DNA from: Spirochaetia bacterium
Lineage (GTDB): Bacteria > Spirochaetota > Spirochaetia > SZUA-6 > Bin103
Length of the DNA: 64,000 nucleotides
Direction: 5' to 3'
Assembly (NCBI GenBank): GCA_965198005.1
Contig: CBDAOI010000004.1
Location: 1,408,001-1,472,000, forward strand
In this document: piece after piece, positions 29,423 through 42,274 of the stretch
How the letters are laid out: every line of letters starts with the position of its first letter
Numbering within the stretch: the first letter of the stretch is position 1
The notes under the pieces: generated by a model
Seen by the model: the letters and a program-made list of their open reading frames with translations, nothing else
Database searches by the model: none
Told to the model about the DNA's origin: nothing
Program-made: the position numbers and the translations under genes

Positions 29423-30166
29423 CTACCGGGCATTACCGCCGGGTGGGCCGGCTGGCGGGGGCGGTTCCCGCTCCAGGTCAGCCCTGGTCGCCGCCAGTCG
29501 ATGGCGCCAGCCGGGCGGCAACTCGACCCGGCCGGTAAGGCGAAAGTCCGCCACCAGGGCGCGCAGCCGGACGCGGCGCTCGGCGGGAGAGCGGATCGTC
29601 CGCTTGGCGAGCGACCGCAGCTCTCCGAGGGCGTCCAGATACTGCGCCAGCTCGGACGCGCCGCTCTGCGGAGCGGGGTTGCACATTGCCTCCAGGTCCT
29701 GCCGCAGACGGCTGGCCAGGCTCGGCGCCGCGTTGCTGGTGCTGATGCTGATCCGCAGGTGGCCGCAGGTCACCAGCGCGGCCATGGCCATGGTCGAGTA
29801 CTGCGGCACGTCGAACGTGTTGATCGGTATCCGCCGCCGGCGGGCGAGCATGTACACCTGCCGGCGCAGGGCGGGGTCGGAGCGCACGGTATTGAGCACC
29901 AGGGTGGCGCCCTCCAGGTCGCGCCGCCGGAACCGGCGCGGGCGGTGGCGGATGCGCCCGGCCTCGGCCCAGCCGCGCAGCTCGCCGCTCAGCGCGGGCG
30001 CCACCACCAGCACGTCCGCGCGCGCGTCGAGCAGCCGCCGCGTCTTGTCGGTGGCCTCGGCGCCGCCGCCGATCACCAGGCAGCGGCGCCCGGCCACGTC
30101 CAGTCCCACCTGAAACTGCGGGTTGAACTCCGCGCCGTCACCCTTCCTCGTCATGGATTCTCCCAT
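29423..30166 (-). CDS. Precorrin-2 dehydrogenase/sirohydrochlorin ferrochelatase (CysG N-terminal/SirC-like)
   Basis: LDVAGRRCLVIGGG, LRISISTSNAAPSLA. Start 30166 or 30154. Confidence 0.85.
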   Translation of the reverse strand: MGESMTRKGDGAEFNPQFQVGLDVAGRRCLVIGGGAEATDKTRRLLDARADVLVVAPALSGELRGWAEAGRIRHRPRRFRRRDLEGATLVLNTVRSDPALRRQVYMLARRRRIPINTFDVPQYSTMAMAALVTCGHLRISISTSNAAPSLASRLRQDLEAMCNPAPQSGASELAQYLDALGELRSLAKRTIRSPAERRVRLRALVADFRLTGRVELPPGWRHRLAATRADLEREPPPPAGPPGGNAR

Positions 30167-30323
30167 CGAGGCGATCATATTGCGTAGCGCCGCCGGCGCA
30201 CAGGTGCCGCGGCCCCCGCGTGTCAGTGCGTGCGTGTAGTGCGTGTCCGCTTGTTTGACGCCCGCGCGTCTGCGCGCTATGATCGGAGGACCGTGTGGGG
30301 TGGGGCGACGACGCGATGACGCG

Positions 30324-30764
30324 ATGACGCTGGATGGCGAACAAACGTTCACGGCCGACCGGGCGCTGGTCTGGGAGCGGTTGAATGACCCGGCGGTGCT
30401 GGCGCGGACCACGCCTGGACTGAAGGAGTTGGTGCCGGTGCGAACCGATGCGTACCGGGCGGTGTTCGAGATCAAGATGGGCCCGATCAACAGCAGGTTC
30501 GACGGTACGCTGGAGGTCGTGGACCGGGTGCCGCCGGAGCGGTTTCGACTGGTCATCAGGATTAGTGGTAAATTGGGCAACGTGGATGCCGAGGCGTCCA
30601 TCGCGCTGCGCGCGGAGGGGAGCGCCACCGTGGTTGCGTTCTCGGGGAAGGCCCGGCTGGCCGGGCTGCTGATGCGCATGGGGCAGCGGGTGCTTGGCGG
30701 AGTGGGCCGGATGTTCACCCGGCAGTTCTTTCAGGCACTGGAACAGGAGCTCACGATAGCCTAA
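30324..30764 (+). CDS. coxG: CoxG-family (SRPBCC) accessory protein
   Basis: VWERLNDPAVL...PG, KMGPI, GQRVLGGV...FF; lies upstream of coxS. Confidence 0.85.
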   Translation: MTLDGEQTFTADRALVWERLNDPAVLARTTPGLKELVPVRTDAYRAVFEIKMGPINSRFDGTLEVVDRVPPERFRLVIRISGKLGNVDAEASIALRAEGSATVVAFSGKARLAGLLMRMGQRVLGGVGRMFTRQFFQALEQELTIA

Positions 30765-30797
30765 CGTGAACGCCTTGAGCGTCACGCTTGCGAGGAG

Positions 30798-31283
30798 ATG
30801 GAGATGACGGTACCGATCAGCGTCACGGTCAACGGACGCAGCTACAGCAGGGAGGTGGAACCACGCCAGTTGCTGGTAACCTTCCTGCGGGAGGAGTTGT
30901 CGCTGACCGGCACCCACGTCGGCTGCGACACCAGCGGCTGCGGCGCCTGCACCATCGTGGTGAACGGGCGCGCGGTCAAGTCGTGCACCCTGCTGGCGGT
31001 GCAGGCCGACGGTGCCAGGATCACTACGATAGAGGGACTGGCAGAGGGGCTGGCGGAAGACGGCGCGTTGCACCCGCTGCAGCAGGGATTCCACGAGGAG
31101 CACGGCCTGCAGTGCGGGTTCTGTACGCCGGGCATGATCATCGCCGCCTGGCAGCTCCTGGAGCGCAATCCCCACCCCAGCGACGCGGAGATTCGGCACG
31201 CGCTGGAGGGTAACTTCTGCCGCTGCACGGGCTATGAGAACATCGTCAGGTCGGTCCGGCACGCCGCCGGGTCGCAGGCGTAG
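30798..31283 (+). CDS. coxS: [2Fe-2S] small subunit of a CODH/xanthine-dehydrogenase-family enzyme
   Basis: [28 protein letters not shown]. Confidence 0.93.
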   Translation: MEMTVPISVTVNGRSYSREVEPRQLLVTFLREELSLTGTHVGCDTSGCGACTIVVNGRAVKSCTLLAVQADGARITTIEGLAEGLAEDGALHPLQQGFHEEHGLQCGFCTPGMIIAAWQLLERNPHPSDAEIRHALEGNFCRCTGYENIVRSVRHAAGSQA

Positions 31284-31298
31284 GGGAGGAGGCACAGG

Positions 31299-33671
<2,373 letters not shown>

Positions 33672-33694
33672 GGATGAGCTAAGGAGAGGTTCAG

Positions 33695-34546
33695 ATGAGT
33701 AGTGCATTTCACTATCACCGCGCGGCATCCGTCGAGGATGCGCTGGCGCTGCTGGAGCGCCATGAGGACGCCAAGCTGCTGGCCGGCGGCCACAGCCTGA
33801 TCCCGTCCATGAAGCTGCGCCTGGCTACCCCCGGCGCGTTGATCGACATCGGCCGCCTGAGCGAGCTCGATTTCATCCGTGACGACGGCGGCGGGGTGGC
33901 GATCGGCGCTGCCACAACCCATCACACGATCGAAGCTTCGGGCATGGTGGGGCGCCAGGCTCCGCTGCTGGCCCAGGCGGCGGCGGTGATCGGCGACGTC
34001 CAGGTGCGCAACATGGGCACCATCGGCGGGAGCGTGGCGCACGCCGATCCGGCGGCGGACTATCCGGCGGCGTTGCTCGCCAGCGGCGCCGGCATCGTGG
34101 CGCGCGGTCCCGGCGGGGAGCGGACTATCGATGCCGAAGAATTCTTCGTCGACCTGTTTCTCACCAGCCTCCAGCCGGACGAGATCATCACCGAGATTCG
34201 CGTCCCGGCCCAGCCGGCCGGTGCCGGCGCCTGCTACGTGAAATTCCCGCACCCGGCATCGCGCTTTGCGGTGGTGGGATGTGCCGCGGTGGTGGCCACC
34301 GGGGGCGGCACCTGCAGCGACGTGCGGGTCGCGTTCACCGGCGTGGCCAACGCGGCGTTTCGCGATCGGGGAGTCGAGGAAGCGTTGGCGGGCCAGCCCG
34401 TCAGCGCCGAGGCGATCACTGCGGCGGCCGCGGCAGCGGCGCGCGATGCCGAGGTGCTCAGCGATGCGTTTGCGGGGGCCGAGTACCGCCGTCACCTGGC
34501 GACGGTGTTTGCCGCCCGCGCCCTGCGCGGCGCCGCGGGAATCTGA
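33695..34546 (+). CDS. coxM: FAD-binding medium subunit
   Basis: LAGGHSLIP, QVRNMGTIGGSVAHADPAAD. Confidence 0.92.
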   Translation: MSSAFHYHRAASVEDALALLERHEDAKLLAGGHSLIPSMKLRLATPGALIDIGRLSELDFIRDDGGGVAIGAATTHHTIEASGMVGRQAPLLAQAAAVIGDVQVRNMGTIGGSVAHADPAADYPAALLASGAGIVARGPGGERTIDAEEFFVDLFLTSLQPDEIITEIRVPAQPAGAGACYVKFPHPASRFAVVGCAAVVATGGGTCSDVRVAFTGVANAAFRDRGVEEALAGQPVSAEAITAAAAAAARDAEVLSDAFAGAEYRRHLATVFAARALRGAAGI

Positions 34547-34580
34547 GCGCCGTATCCGAGACGCGGTGGAGTTGCGCTGA

Positions 34581-35363
34581 ATGGGAAAGAACGACACCAA
34601 GTTCATCTTTCACCTCTATCGTACCGACGGCAAGTCGCTCATTCTCAACCCGTTCGAGAGTGCCGAGAAGCTGCGCGCGGCGCTCGAGACGCAGGAGATC
34701 GAGGGGCGCTATGGGGAGGAGCCGCCGGTCGAGTTGCTCACCACGTTTCGCAACTCGCTGTACCATTCGATCGAGGACGCCGTGCGCCGGTTTCTGGCCG
34801 ACGCACGGTTCGTGCCGCGCTTCCTGGTCGCCGCGGCGGCATTCTTCGCCGTGTTTCTGATTCTGTCCTACGCGGTTCCGGACCCGATCCTGATCGTGGA
34901 CGAGCTGGCGGTAGGCGTGGCCGCCGCGGTCGGCGCCTATCTGTTCATGGGGCGCCGCGACATGGGTTCGGACGCGGCCATGAAGAAACGGATCGCGTTG
35001 CGCAATGCGGTGGACCGGATCACGTTCGTGCCGAGCGGTTTTCTGGCGCGCGTGGAGCGCGAGCTGCAGCATACCGAGAGTGGCGACTTCGAAGAGCTGG
35101 TGCACTCCATTCTCGAACCGGACAACGCCAATGCGCCGCTCGACGCACAGGACCGCGGCGAGGCGGCGCAGTTCATCCAACTGCTGGAGGAGAAGTACCG
35201 TTTCAAGCGCCTCCGCCGGGAGGAAAAGGTGTTGCGCAGTTACGTGGCGCGGGCCGATACCGACCGCGCCGGCTCCCTGCGCCGGTGGTCCGACACCAGG
35301 AAGCTGGACGTCCCCCTGTACGCGGTCTACAAGCGCTTCAAACGCACGGTCGAGCGCGTATAG
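34581..35363 (+). CDS. Hypothetical membrane protein (two TM helices)
   Basis: 260-aa ORF with host-like codon use and a central hydrophobic hairpin. Confidence 0.75.
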   Translation: MGKNDTKFIFHLYRTDGKSLILNPFESAEKLRAALETQEIEGRYGEEPPVELLTTFRNSLYHSIEDAVRRFLADARFVPRFLVAAAAFFAVFLILSYAVPDPILIVDELAVGVAAAVGAYLFMGRRDMGSDAAMKKRIALRNAVDRITFVPSGFLARVERELQHTESGDFEELVHSILEPDNANAPLDAQDRGEAAQFIQLLEEKYRFKRLRREEKVLRSYVARADTDRAGSLRRWSDTRKLDVPLYAVYKRFKRTVERV

Positions 35364-35383
35364 AGAGACGTGAGGCGGCGGTT

Positions 35384-36238
35384 TCAGTAGGCATGACGGG
35401 CCACCTCGCGGCCGTCCGCATCGTACAGGAAGGCGGCGTCGCCCTGATTTCCCCAAACGTTCCGCTCCGTGAGCCGTAGGCTTCGCCCGGGCTCGCCCAC
35501 GCAGCCGTGGCCGCTACAGACCGCGAGGGTTTCGTTCGGCGCGAGCGTGAGGCCGCCGCCGGCGTACAGGACCTGCGCATCTCCGTCATCGTCCGCGACG
35601 CGCCAGCCGGTCAGATCGACCGTGTCGCCGGTGTCATTGCGGATCAGCACGTGCTCGCGGCGGCCGGAGTTGCGGATGGTCACGATCACCACGGTGCCGA
35701 CATGCTCCCTCCACAGTCCCAACCGCTCGGTGCGGGCCTCCGCCTCCAGCCGCTCGAACTGCGCGAAGAAGTGGTTCCGTTCGCCGCGATACACGCGGGC
35801 GAGACCTTGCGCGATCAGTTCAGCGTTCAGGAGGGTGCCGTCCTGCAGGAACACGTAGGCGAGCAGACGATCGTACCGGTCGCGGCGCCTGAAGTCGAAC
35901 GCCAGGTAGACGGGGTCGGTGCCGATGCTGCGGGTGACCAGGTGCAGCGCCTCATCCGCCCAGGGCTCGCCCAGTTCAGGTGTGTCGATTCCGATCAGCC
36001 GCACTTTCTCGGCTGATCCGGGGCCCGGCGGTGGATGCTCGATGCGTACCTCGAACGTGTCGCCGTCGACGTGCCGGGTCACCACCGCCGGCGTCATGCG
36101 GCTCAGGTCGGCCTCCGCCCAGTGGTCCACGCGCGTTACGGTTACGTCGTAGATCGCCGGGGTCTCCTGCGCGGCGGCGCCCGCCCCACAGATCAGGAGC
36201 AGGGCAAGGGACAAACTCAGCTTCGGGGGTAGCGGCAT
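35384..36238 (-). CDS. Secreted thermonuclease (SNase-like) with C-terminal lamin-tail-like domain
   Basis: VDGDT, VRLIGIDTPE, DRYDRLLAYV, GLW; then IRN...VDLTGWRV...VWGNQGD; signal peptide. Confidence 0.88.
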   Translation of the reverse strand: MPLPPKLSLSLALLLICGAGAAAQETPAIYDVTVTRVDHWAEADLSRMTPAVVTRHVDGDTFEVRIEHPPPGPGSAEKVRLIGIDTPELGEPWADEALHLVTRSIGTDPVYLAFDFRRRDRYDRLLAYVFLQDGTLLNAELIAQGLARVYRGERNHFFAQFERLEAEARTERLGLWREHVGTVVIVTIRNSGRREHVLIRNDTGDTVDLTGWRVADDDGDAQVLYAGGGLTLAPNETLAVCSGHGCVGEPGRSLRLTERNVWGNQGDAAFLYDADGREVARHAY

Positions 36239-36273
36239 GGCAGCGGCCGCAGTATAGGCCACCCACCGGGGCG

Positions 36274-36717
36274 ATTGCCAGGTGGCTGCTGGTCTGGCTG
36301 GCGCCGGCACTGCTCGGCGCCGCGGCCGTGACCGGTTGCCAGCGTGGCGGCGACGGGCGGGTCGACCTGCTGGTGGGGGATGCCGAGTTCCGGGTGGAAT
36401 TGGCCGTGACGCAGGACCAGCGCAGCACCGGGTTGATGTACCGGGAGCAACTGGGCGAGCGCGAGGGCATGCTGTTCGTGTTCGAGGAGGAGCGGATTCT
36501 GACCTTCTGGATGCGCAATACGCCGCTGCCGCTGTCGATCGCGTTCATCGACGAACGGGGTGTGATCGTGCAGGTGACCGACCTGGAACCCTACTCCGAG
36601 GCACCCGTGGCCTCGCGCTTTCCCGCCCGCTTCGCGCTGGAAGTCAAGCGCGGCGCCCTGGCCCGCGCCGGGGTGGGGGTGGGGGACGTGGTGACGCTGC
36701 CGGACGCCGTGCGGTGA
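36274..36717 (+). CDS. DUF192-family lipoprotein (start uncertain)
   Basis: GLMYRE, GMLFVF, FWMRNTPLPLSIAFID, ALEV; lipobox VTGC. Confidence 0.82.
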   Translation: MARWLLVWLAPALLGAAAVTGCQRGGDGRVDLLVGDAEFRVELAVTQDQRSTGLMYREQLGEREGMLFVFEEERILTFWMRNTPLPLSIAFIDERGVIVQVTDLEPYSEAPVASRFPARFALEVKRGALARAGVGVGDVVTLPDAVR

Positions 36718-36721
36718 CCGG

Positions 36722-36967
36722 TCAGCCGCCCTGCACGTCGGGCGCATCGGACAGCCGTTGGGTCCGGGGCGGCTCGCCGGCGGCCTCCGGATCGTTGATC
36801 AGGAGCTCGATGCGACGCTCCACCTTGGCCAGGTCGCGCTCCAGCGTGCGCGCGAGCGTAATTCCTTCCTCGAACAGCGCGGTCGCGTCGTCGATCGGCA
36901 GGTTGCCGTGGCGCAGCTTCTCGCCCAGCTCCTCGAGCCGGCGCAGCCGTTCCTCAAACGTGGCCAT
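36722..36967 (-). CDS. xseB: Exodeoxyribonuclease VII small subunit
   Basis: TFEERLRRLEE...LFEEGI; lies downstream of xseA. Confidence 0.92.
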   Translation of the reverse strand: MATFEERLRRLEELGEKLRHGNLPIDDATALFEEGITLARTLERDLAKVERRIELLINDPEAAGEPPRTQRLSDAPDVQGG

Positions 36968-38192
36968 CGGCCGGCTCCTCGCTGGTGGCGTTGACGGTGG
37001 CGCTGAACGAGCTGCGATGGAGGCGCACGCGTACCTCCTGCGCGCGCCGCACCTGGCGGGCGGAGGTCACGTACCTGCCGCTGGCGGCGTCGGTGACCAG
37101 CGCGTAGCCACGCCCGAGGATGGCGTCGGGCGAGGCCGCGGCCACCGCCTGGGCGGCCAGCTCGAGCCGATGGCGCAGACCCTGCAGGCGCCGGCTCACG
37201 CCGGCGGTCAGCTCCGTGCGCGCCTCGTCGAGCCGTTGCTGTACCGGATGGGTGATGAGCCGCAGGCTGCGCTCCAGGCTGTCGGGGCGGAAGCGGTCCA
37301 GGGTGAGGCGGAAGCGCTGCAACCGGGCCGTCAGGGAAGAGGCGAGGTCGGCGTGCAGGGCGGTGACCCGGCGCTGCAGCTCGGTGCGCGCCGCGGCCAC
37401 CAGCTCGCCGGCCGCGGATGGGGTGGCTGCCCGGTGGTCGGCCGCCAGGTCGCACAGCGTGTTGTCCACCTCGTGACCGACCGCCGAAACCACCACCGTC
37501 TCGGCGGCGGCGATGGCGCGCACCACGCGCTCGTCGGAAAACGGCAGCAGATCCTCCAGCGAGCCGCCGCCGCGCGTGACCACGATCACGTCGCCGAGCC
37601 GCCAGCGGTCGGCCGTGCGCACGCACCGGGCGATGCGGGTGGCCGCGTCCGGGCCCTGCACCGGGGTCGGGACCACCACCAGGTCGATGCCGGGGTTGCG
37701 CCGTCCCAGCACCCGGATCAGGTCGCGCACCGCGGCGCCGGTGGGGGAGGTGACCACCGCGACCCGGCGCGGCAGCAACGGCAGCGGTTGCTTGCGCGCG
37801 GCGTCGAACAGTCCCTCGGCCGCCAGCCGGCGCCTGCGTTCCTCGACGATCGCCAGCAGATCGCCGGCACCGGCCCGGAACACCGCCTCGGCTATGAGCT
37901 GGTAGGTGCCGCGCGGCGGGTACACCGAGATGCCGCCGCGCACCCGCACCAGCATGCCGTCCGCCGGACGAAAGGTCAGCAGGAAGTGGCGGTTCTTGAA
38001 CAGCGCGACGCTCAGACTGGCATCGCGGTCGATCAGGTTGAAGTAGTAGTGGCCGGTGCTGGACGGCCGGAATCCCGCGACCTCCCCCTCCACCAGGACA
38101 TCGGGAAACTCGCCCTCCAGCAACCCGCGCACCCGTCCGGTTACCTGCGACACGGTGAGCGGACGGCGCGGCATCAGTGCCAGCCGGCTCAT
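36954..38192 (-). CDS. xseA: Exodeoxyribonuclease VII large subunit
   Basis: GHYYFNL, VVTSPTGAAVRD, RGGGSLEDL, SAVGHEVD, TPSAAGE. Confidence 0.95.
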   Translation of the reverse strand: MSRLALMPRRPLTVSQVTGRVRGLLEGEFPDVLVEGEVAGFRPSSTGHYYFNLIDRDASLSVALFKNRHFLLTFRPADGMLVRVRGGISVYPPRGTYQLIAEAVFRAGAGDLLAIVEERRRRLAAEGLFDAARKQPLPLLPRRVAVVTSPTGAAVRDLIRVLGRRNPGIDLVVVPTPVQGPDAATRIARCVRTADRWRLGDVIVVTRGGGSLEDLLPFSDERVVRAIAAAETVVVSAVGHEVDNTLCDLAADHRAATPSAAGELVAAARTELQRRVTALHADLASSLTARLQRFRLTLDRFRPDSLERSLRLITHPVQQRLDEARTELTAGVSRRLQGLRHRLELAAQAVAAASPDAILGRGYALVTDAASGRYVTSARQVRRAQEVRVRLHRSSFSATVNATSEEPADGHV

Positions 38193-38246
38193 GCGCGCAG
38201 CATAGCCGAATTCAGCGGTCTCGACATTCGGACGATAATCTAGGTA

Positions 38247-39347
38247 ATGGCAGGGGTGCGACGCCTGATACTCTGGTGCATGGCGGGCCTTACCGGACTC
38301 GCGGCGGGTGGCTGGGCCGACAGTGTCGAGTCGGGTGGGGTGGACCTGCTGGAGTTGGCCCGGGAGATGGGGGCGGTGCTGGAGTGGCACCCGCTGCGGC
38401 AGGTCGGAGTCCTGCGGCACGCCGAATTCGAGGTGGCGCTGCGTGTGGGTACCCCCTGGGTGCTGATCGATGGCACCTCGCCACTGTTCGTAGGCGATAT
38501 CGAGCGCCAGGCGGGGGCGGTGGTGGTCCCGGTGGCCGGCGCGGCGGCGCTGCGCGACCGGCTTGGCCTGACCACGCCGGGAGCGGGACGCCGCATCGTC
38601 GCGATCCTGATCGACCCGGGCCACGGGGGCAAGGATCCCGGCGCGCTCGGCCACTACCGGACCGATGGCGGTCACACCATCCGCGAGAAGGACGTGGTGC
38701 TCAGGACGAGCACGTTTCTGCACCAGCTCCTGCAGGCACGCTATCCGGACAAACGGGTGGTGCTCACCCGCGACGACGACCGCTACGTGTCACTCGAGCA
38801 GCGCACCGACGTCGCCAACAGTCTCATCACCGAGACCGAGGATGCCGTCATATTCATCTCGATTCATGCCAACGCGTCGCTGAACAAGAAGGCGCGCGGC
38901 TATGAAGTCTGGTACCTGCCGGACGAGTACCGGCGTGAGCTGATTTCGCCGGACAGCCTGACCCGGGATTCGCGCGAGTTGGCTCCGATTCTCAATTCCA
39001 TGCGCGAGGAGGAGTACACCCGCGAGTCCGTGTTCCTGGCACAGTCCATCGTCGACCACTTCGAACGGCGGGTCGGCGATCGGAGCGTGAATCGTGGCAT
39101 CCGCGAGGAGTCATGGTTCGTGGTCCGCAACGCCAAGATGCCGGCGGTGCTGGTCGAGCTGGGATTCCTCACCAACGACGAGGAGGCAGCACTGCTGGCC
39201 GAAACCGGCTACTTGCGCACGCTCGCCGAGGCGATCTACAGTGCCGTGGCGGGGTTCGTGATCAGGTTCGAAGGTGGAGGCCTTGCACCCGAAGAAGTTG
39301 TGCCGACTGACGTCGCGGCCGGTGTGGCCGCGGTAGCCGGTAACTGA
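38247..39347 (+). CDS. N-acetylmuramoyl-L-alanine amidase (Amidase_3)
   Basis: IDPGHGGKDPGA, EKD, FISIHANA, MPAVLVELGF. Confidence 0.93.
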   Translation: MAGVRRLILWCMAGLTGLAAGGWADSVESGGVDLLELAREMGAVLEWHPLRQVGVLRHAEFEVALRVGTPWVLIDGTSPLFVGDIERQAGAVVVPVAGAAALRDRLGLTTPGAGRRIVAILIDPGHGGKDPGALGHYRTDGGHTIREKDVVLRTSTFLHQLLQARYPDKRVVLTRDDDRYVSLEQRTDVANSLITETEDAVIFISIHANASLNKKARGYEVWYLPDEYRRELISPDSLTRDSRELAPILNSMREEEYTRESVFLAQSIVDHFERRVGDRSVNRGIREESWFVVRNAKMPAVLVELGFLTNDEEAALLAETGYLRTLAEAIYSAVAGFVIRFEGGGLAPEEVVPTDVAAGVAAVAGN

Positions 39348-39357
39348 CGGACGCACC

Positions 39358-39822
39358 ATGCGGCTCGTGGCCGCGGTGGCCGGCGTACTGGTGCTCGTGC
39401 TCCTGGCCGGCTTGGCGCTGACATTGGCGCGCGACCGCGGCGACCGGCGGGTGTTGTCGTTCCCTGCGCTGGCAGCGGCCGGGGCGGGTGGCCCCCTGCT
39501 GTTCCGTGAGGAAACGCGTCGTCTGCCGGAACGCGCGGCGCTGGCCGGCGAACTGCGGCTGTTGGTGGAGGAGGTGATTCTGGGCCCCGCCGATCACCGT
39601 GCGCATCGCCTTCTGCCCCGCCACACCGAGGTCATCGCAGTGCACGTGAAGGGGGACACGGCATTCGTGAACCTGTCGCGCCACGTGCTGTTCGATCCGA
39701 CTCCGGTGCCGACGACGGGCCACGAGCGGCTGCAGGTTCTCAGGGGCACGATACTGGCCAATTTCCGGGAATTGAGCACCGTCGCCCTGCTCGTGGAGGG
39801 GCAGGAACCACGCCCCGCGTAG
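39358..39822 (+). CDS. GerMN-domain protein
   Basis: N-terminal TM, LVEEVILGP, AFVNLS, VALLVEGQ; follows the amidase. Confidence 0.7.
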   Translation: MRLVAAVAGVLVLVLLAGLALTLARDRGDRRVLSFPALAAAGAGGPLLFREETRRLPERAALAGELRLLVEEVILGPADHRAHRLLPRHTEVIAVHVKGDTAFVNLSRHVLFDPTPVPTTGHERLQVLRGTILANFRELSTVALLVEGQEPRPA

Positions 39823-39846
39823 CCGGTCCCGTAGCGCCCGCGCGGC

Positions 39847-41124
39847 TCAGGCCGGGCCGCGGCGCTCGGCGGCCACCACCCGGCCGAGGGTCAAACCCTG
39901 CACCAGGATCGAGAACACGACGACCACGTAGGTCATGATGAGGAACAGATCCCGTTCGCGGCCGGCGGGCAGTGACAGCGCCAGCGCCACCGAAATCCCG
40001 CCGCGTAGTCCCGCCCAGGTGATCGACCGTACCGCGCGGTGGCTGAAGTCGCGTCCCAGGGCGCGCAGCGCGGTCACCGGCAGGCCGATCCCGATCCAGC
40101 GGCTGAACAGCACGATCGGGACCGCCGCCAGCGCCGCGGCCAGCAGTGCCGGGGCCGGCGTGGCCGGAACCGGCAGCACTACCAGCAGCTCGAAGCCGAT
40201 CAGCAGAAACAGCATGGCGTTGAGCACGTCGTCCACCGCCTCCCAGAACGTGTCCAGATTTTCGCGTGTGGCCGCGGCCATCGCCAGACGGCGCCCGCGA
40301 TTGCCGATCAGCAGTCCGATCATCACCATCGCCAGCGGCGCCGATACGTGCAGCGCGCCGGCCAGGGCGTAGCCTCCAGCCGCCAGGGCGAGCGTGAGCA
40401 GCAATTCCAGGCGATGGTCGTCGATGGTGCGTAGCGTCCAGTAGCCGAGCCAGCCCGCCGCCAGCCCGAACGCCAGCCCGCCCCCGACCTCCTGCAGCAG
40501 AAACAGGGCGACGCCGGCGGACGCGTGTGCGCCGGCCGCGCCGTGGGCGTCGTGCGCCACCAGCCCCAGGAGAGTAAGGAACAGCACCACGCCAAGCCCG
40601 TCGTTGAACAACGACTCGCCGATCACCTTGGCCTGCAGGCTGCGCGGTGCGCCGGCGCGCCGCATGATTCCCAGCACCGCCACCGGATCGGTGGGTGAGA
40701 TCAGGGCCCCGAACAGCAGGCAGTGGACGAAGCTGAGCCCCAGGCCCACCGCACCCGACAGGAAGTAGACCAGCGTACCCACCAGCACCGTGGACACCGC
40801 CAGCGACACCGTCGCGAAAGAGGCTATGGCGTACCGGCGATCGAGCAGATCGTCCAGGTTCACGTGCAGCGCCCCGGCGAACAGCAGGAACCCGAGCAGA
40901 ACGTCGAGCACCAGATGGCTCAGGTCGACCCGGCCCATCAAGTCCTGCGCCCGCTCGACGACGCCGGAGCCGGCAACCACCCCCACGATCAGCAGGACCA
41001 GCGACATGGTCAGGGCGATGGCCATCGTTCCGATCGTTTGCGGCAGGCGCAGCAGGCGGTGATTGAGATACCCGAACAGCGCTGCCAGCGACACCAGCAC
41101 GGCTGCGATCTGAAAGTCGGTCAT
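39847..41124 (-). CDS. nhaP: CPA1-family Na+/H+ antiporter
   Basis: FGALISPTDPVAV, GESLFNDG, GLRGGISVALAL. Confidence 0.9.
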   Translation of the reverse strand: MTDFQIAAVLVSLAALFGYLNHRLLRLPQTIGTMAIALTMSLVLLIVGVVAGSGVVERAQDLMGRVDLSHLVLDVLLGFLLFAGALHVNLDDLLDRRYAIASFATVSLAVSTVLVGTLVYFLSGAVGLGLSFVHCLLFGALISPTDPVAVLGIMRRAGAPRSLQAKVIGESLFNDGLGVVLFLTLLGLVAHDAHGAAGAHASAGVALFLLQEVGGGLAFGLAAGWLGYWTLRTIDDHRLELLLTLALAAGGYALAGALHVSAPLAMVMIGLLIGNRGRRLAMAAATRENLDTFWEAVDDVLNAMLFLLIGFELLVVLPVPATPAPALLAAALAAVPIVLFSRWIGIGLPVTALRALGRDFSHRAVRSITWAGLRGGISVALALSLPAGRERDLFLIMTYVVVVFSILVQGLTLGRVVAAERRGPA

Positions 41125-41155
41125 CAAGTGGTTGGGGCCGGGCCGTGCGGCGCCG

Positions 41156-42274
41156 TCACAGGAGGTCGGGACGGCGGTCGCGGAGCTCGTCTACCGCCGA
41201 GCGCACGAGTTGCGACCGGCCTTTGCCCAACACCAGCACGGTACCGTGCTTGACCACGACGATCAGGTCGTTTACCCCGGCCAGCACCACGGGGAGATCG
41301 CTGAACACGGAATTGCCCTGCGCCTCGACCGCCACTGCCGGCGCGTCTCCCGGATGGAGCGCCGCCACCTCGTCCCAGCTCCCGGCATCGCTCCAGGCGA
41401 AGCCGGCTCTGACCGTCGCTACCCGCCGGCTGCGTTCCATCAGAGCGTAGTCGATCGAGATGGCGGTCAACTCCGCGTAGGTCGCATTGAGCTCCGGATC
41501 CGGCCGCACCACGCTGATACCGGGATGCACTGGTTCGGGATCTGGCAACGGGGCGGTCGCCATCGGCCGGGCCACGTCGGGCGCGTGGCGTTCCAATTCC
41601 TCTCGCAGCAGCGTCAGTGGAAACAGGAAGATGCCGGCGTTCCAGAGGAAGTTGCCCGCCTGCAGGAAGCGCCGTGCGGTGGCGAGGTCCGGCTTTTCGC
41701 GAAACGCCGCCACCTCGAAGCCTGGACCGAGCGGCGGCCCCAGCTCCAGGTAGCCGTAGCCGGTTTCGGGACGGGTGGGGGGGATGCCGAACGTCGTCAG
41801 CCACCCGTGCGCGGCGAGCGACCGGGCGGCTCTCACGTCGGTGGCGAACGCGTCCGGCGGCTCGATTGCGTGGTCGGCGGACAGAACCAGCAGGCTGACT
41901 TGGCCGGATGGGTCGTGCGCGAGCCGGCCCACGAACCGCGCCCCCAGGGCCACCGCCGGAGCGGTATCGCGCTGCGCGGGCTCGCCGATCACGTACACCG
42001 GGGCGGCGAGCGTGGCGCCCCCACCGAGCGCGGCGATCTGCGCCACCACGGCGTCGATCTGGTCCGCCGCGGCAACCACCACGATCACGTCCGAATCGAC
42101 CGTGCGCGCGCGCAGCAACGCCTGTTGCAGGTAGCTGTGGGCGCCGCCGAACACCAGGTACTGCTTGGGCGCCGCCGCGCGGGAGGCTGGCCACAGCCGG
42201 GTACCGCTTCCTCCCGCCATGATTATGCTGGCGAGCATGGCTGGCATCGTAGGCATCGTAGGCATCGTACGCAT
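41156..42274 (-). CDS. manC: Mannose-1-phosphate guanylyltransferase
   Basis: IMAGGSGTRLWPASR..PKQ, ADH, PETGYGY, FREKP, WNAGIF, SIDYALME, WSDAGSW. Start may be 42238. Confidence 0.9.
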   Translation of the reverse strand: MRTMPTMPTMPAMLASIIMAGGSGTRLWPASRAAAPKQYLVFGGAHSYLQQALLRARTVDSDVIVVVAAADQIDAVVAQIAALGGGATLAAPVYVIGEPAQRDTAPAVALGARFVGRLAHDPSGQVSLLVLSADHAIEPPDAFATDVRAARSLAAHGWLTTFGIPPTRPETGYGYLELGPPLGPGFEVAAFREKPDLATARRFLQAGNFLWNAGIFLFPLTLLREELERHAPDVARPMATAPLPDPEPVHPGISVVRPDPELNATYAELTAISIDYALMERSRRVATVRAGFAWSDAGSWDEVAALHPGDAPAVAVEAQGNSVFSDLPVVLAGVNDLIVVVKHGTVLVLGKGRSQLVRSAVDELRDRRPDLL

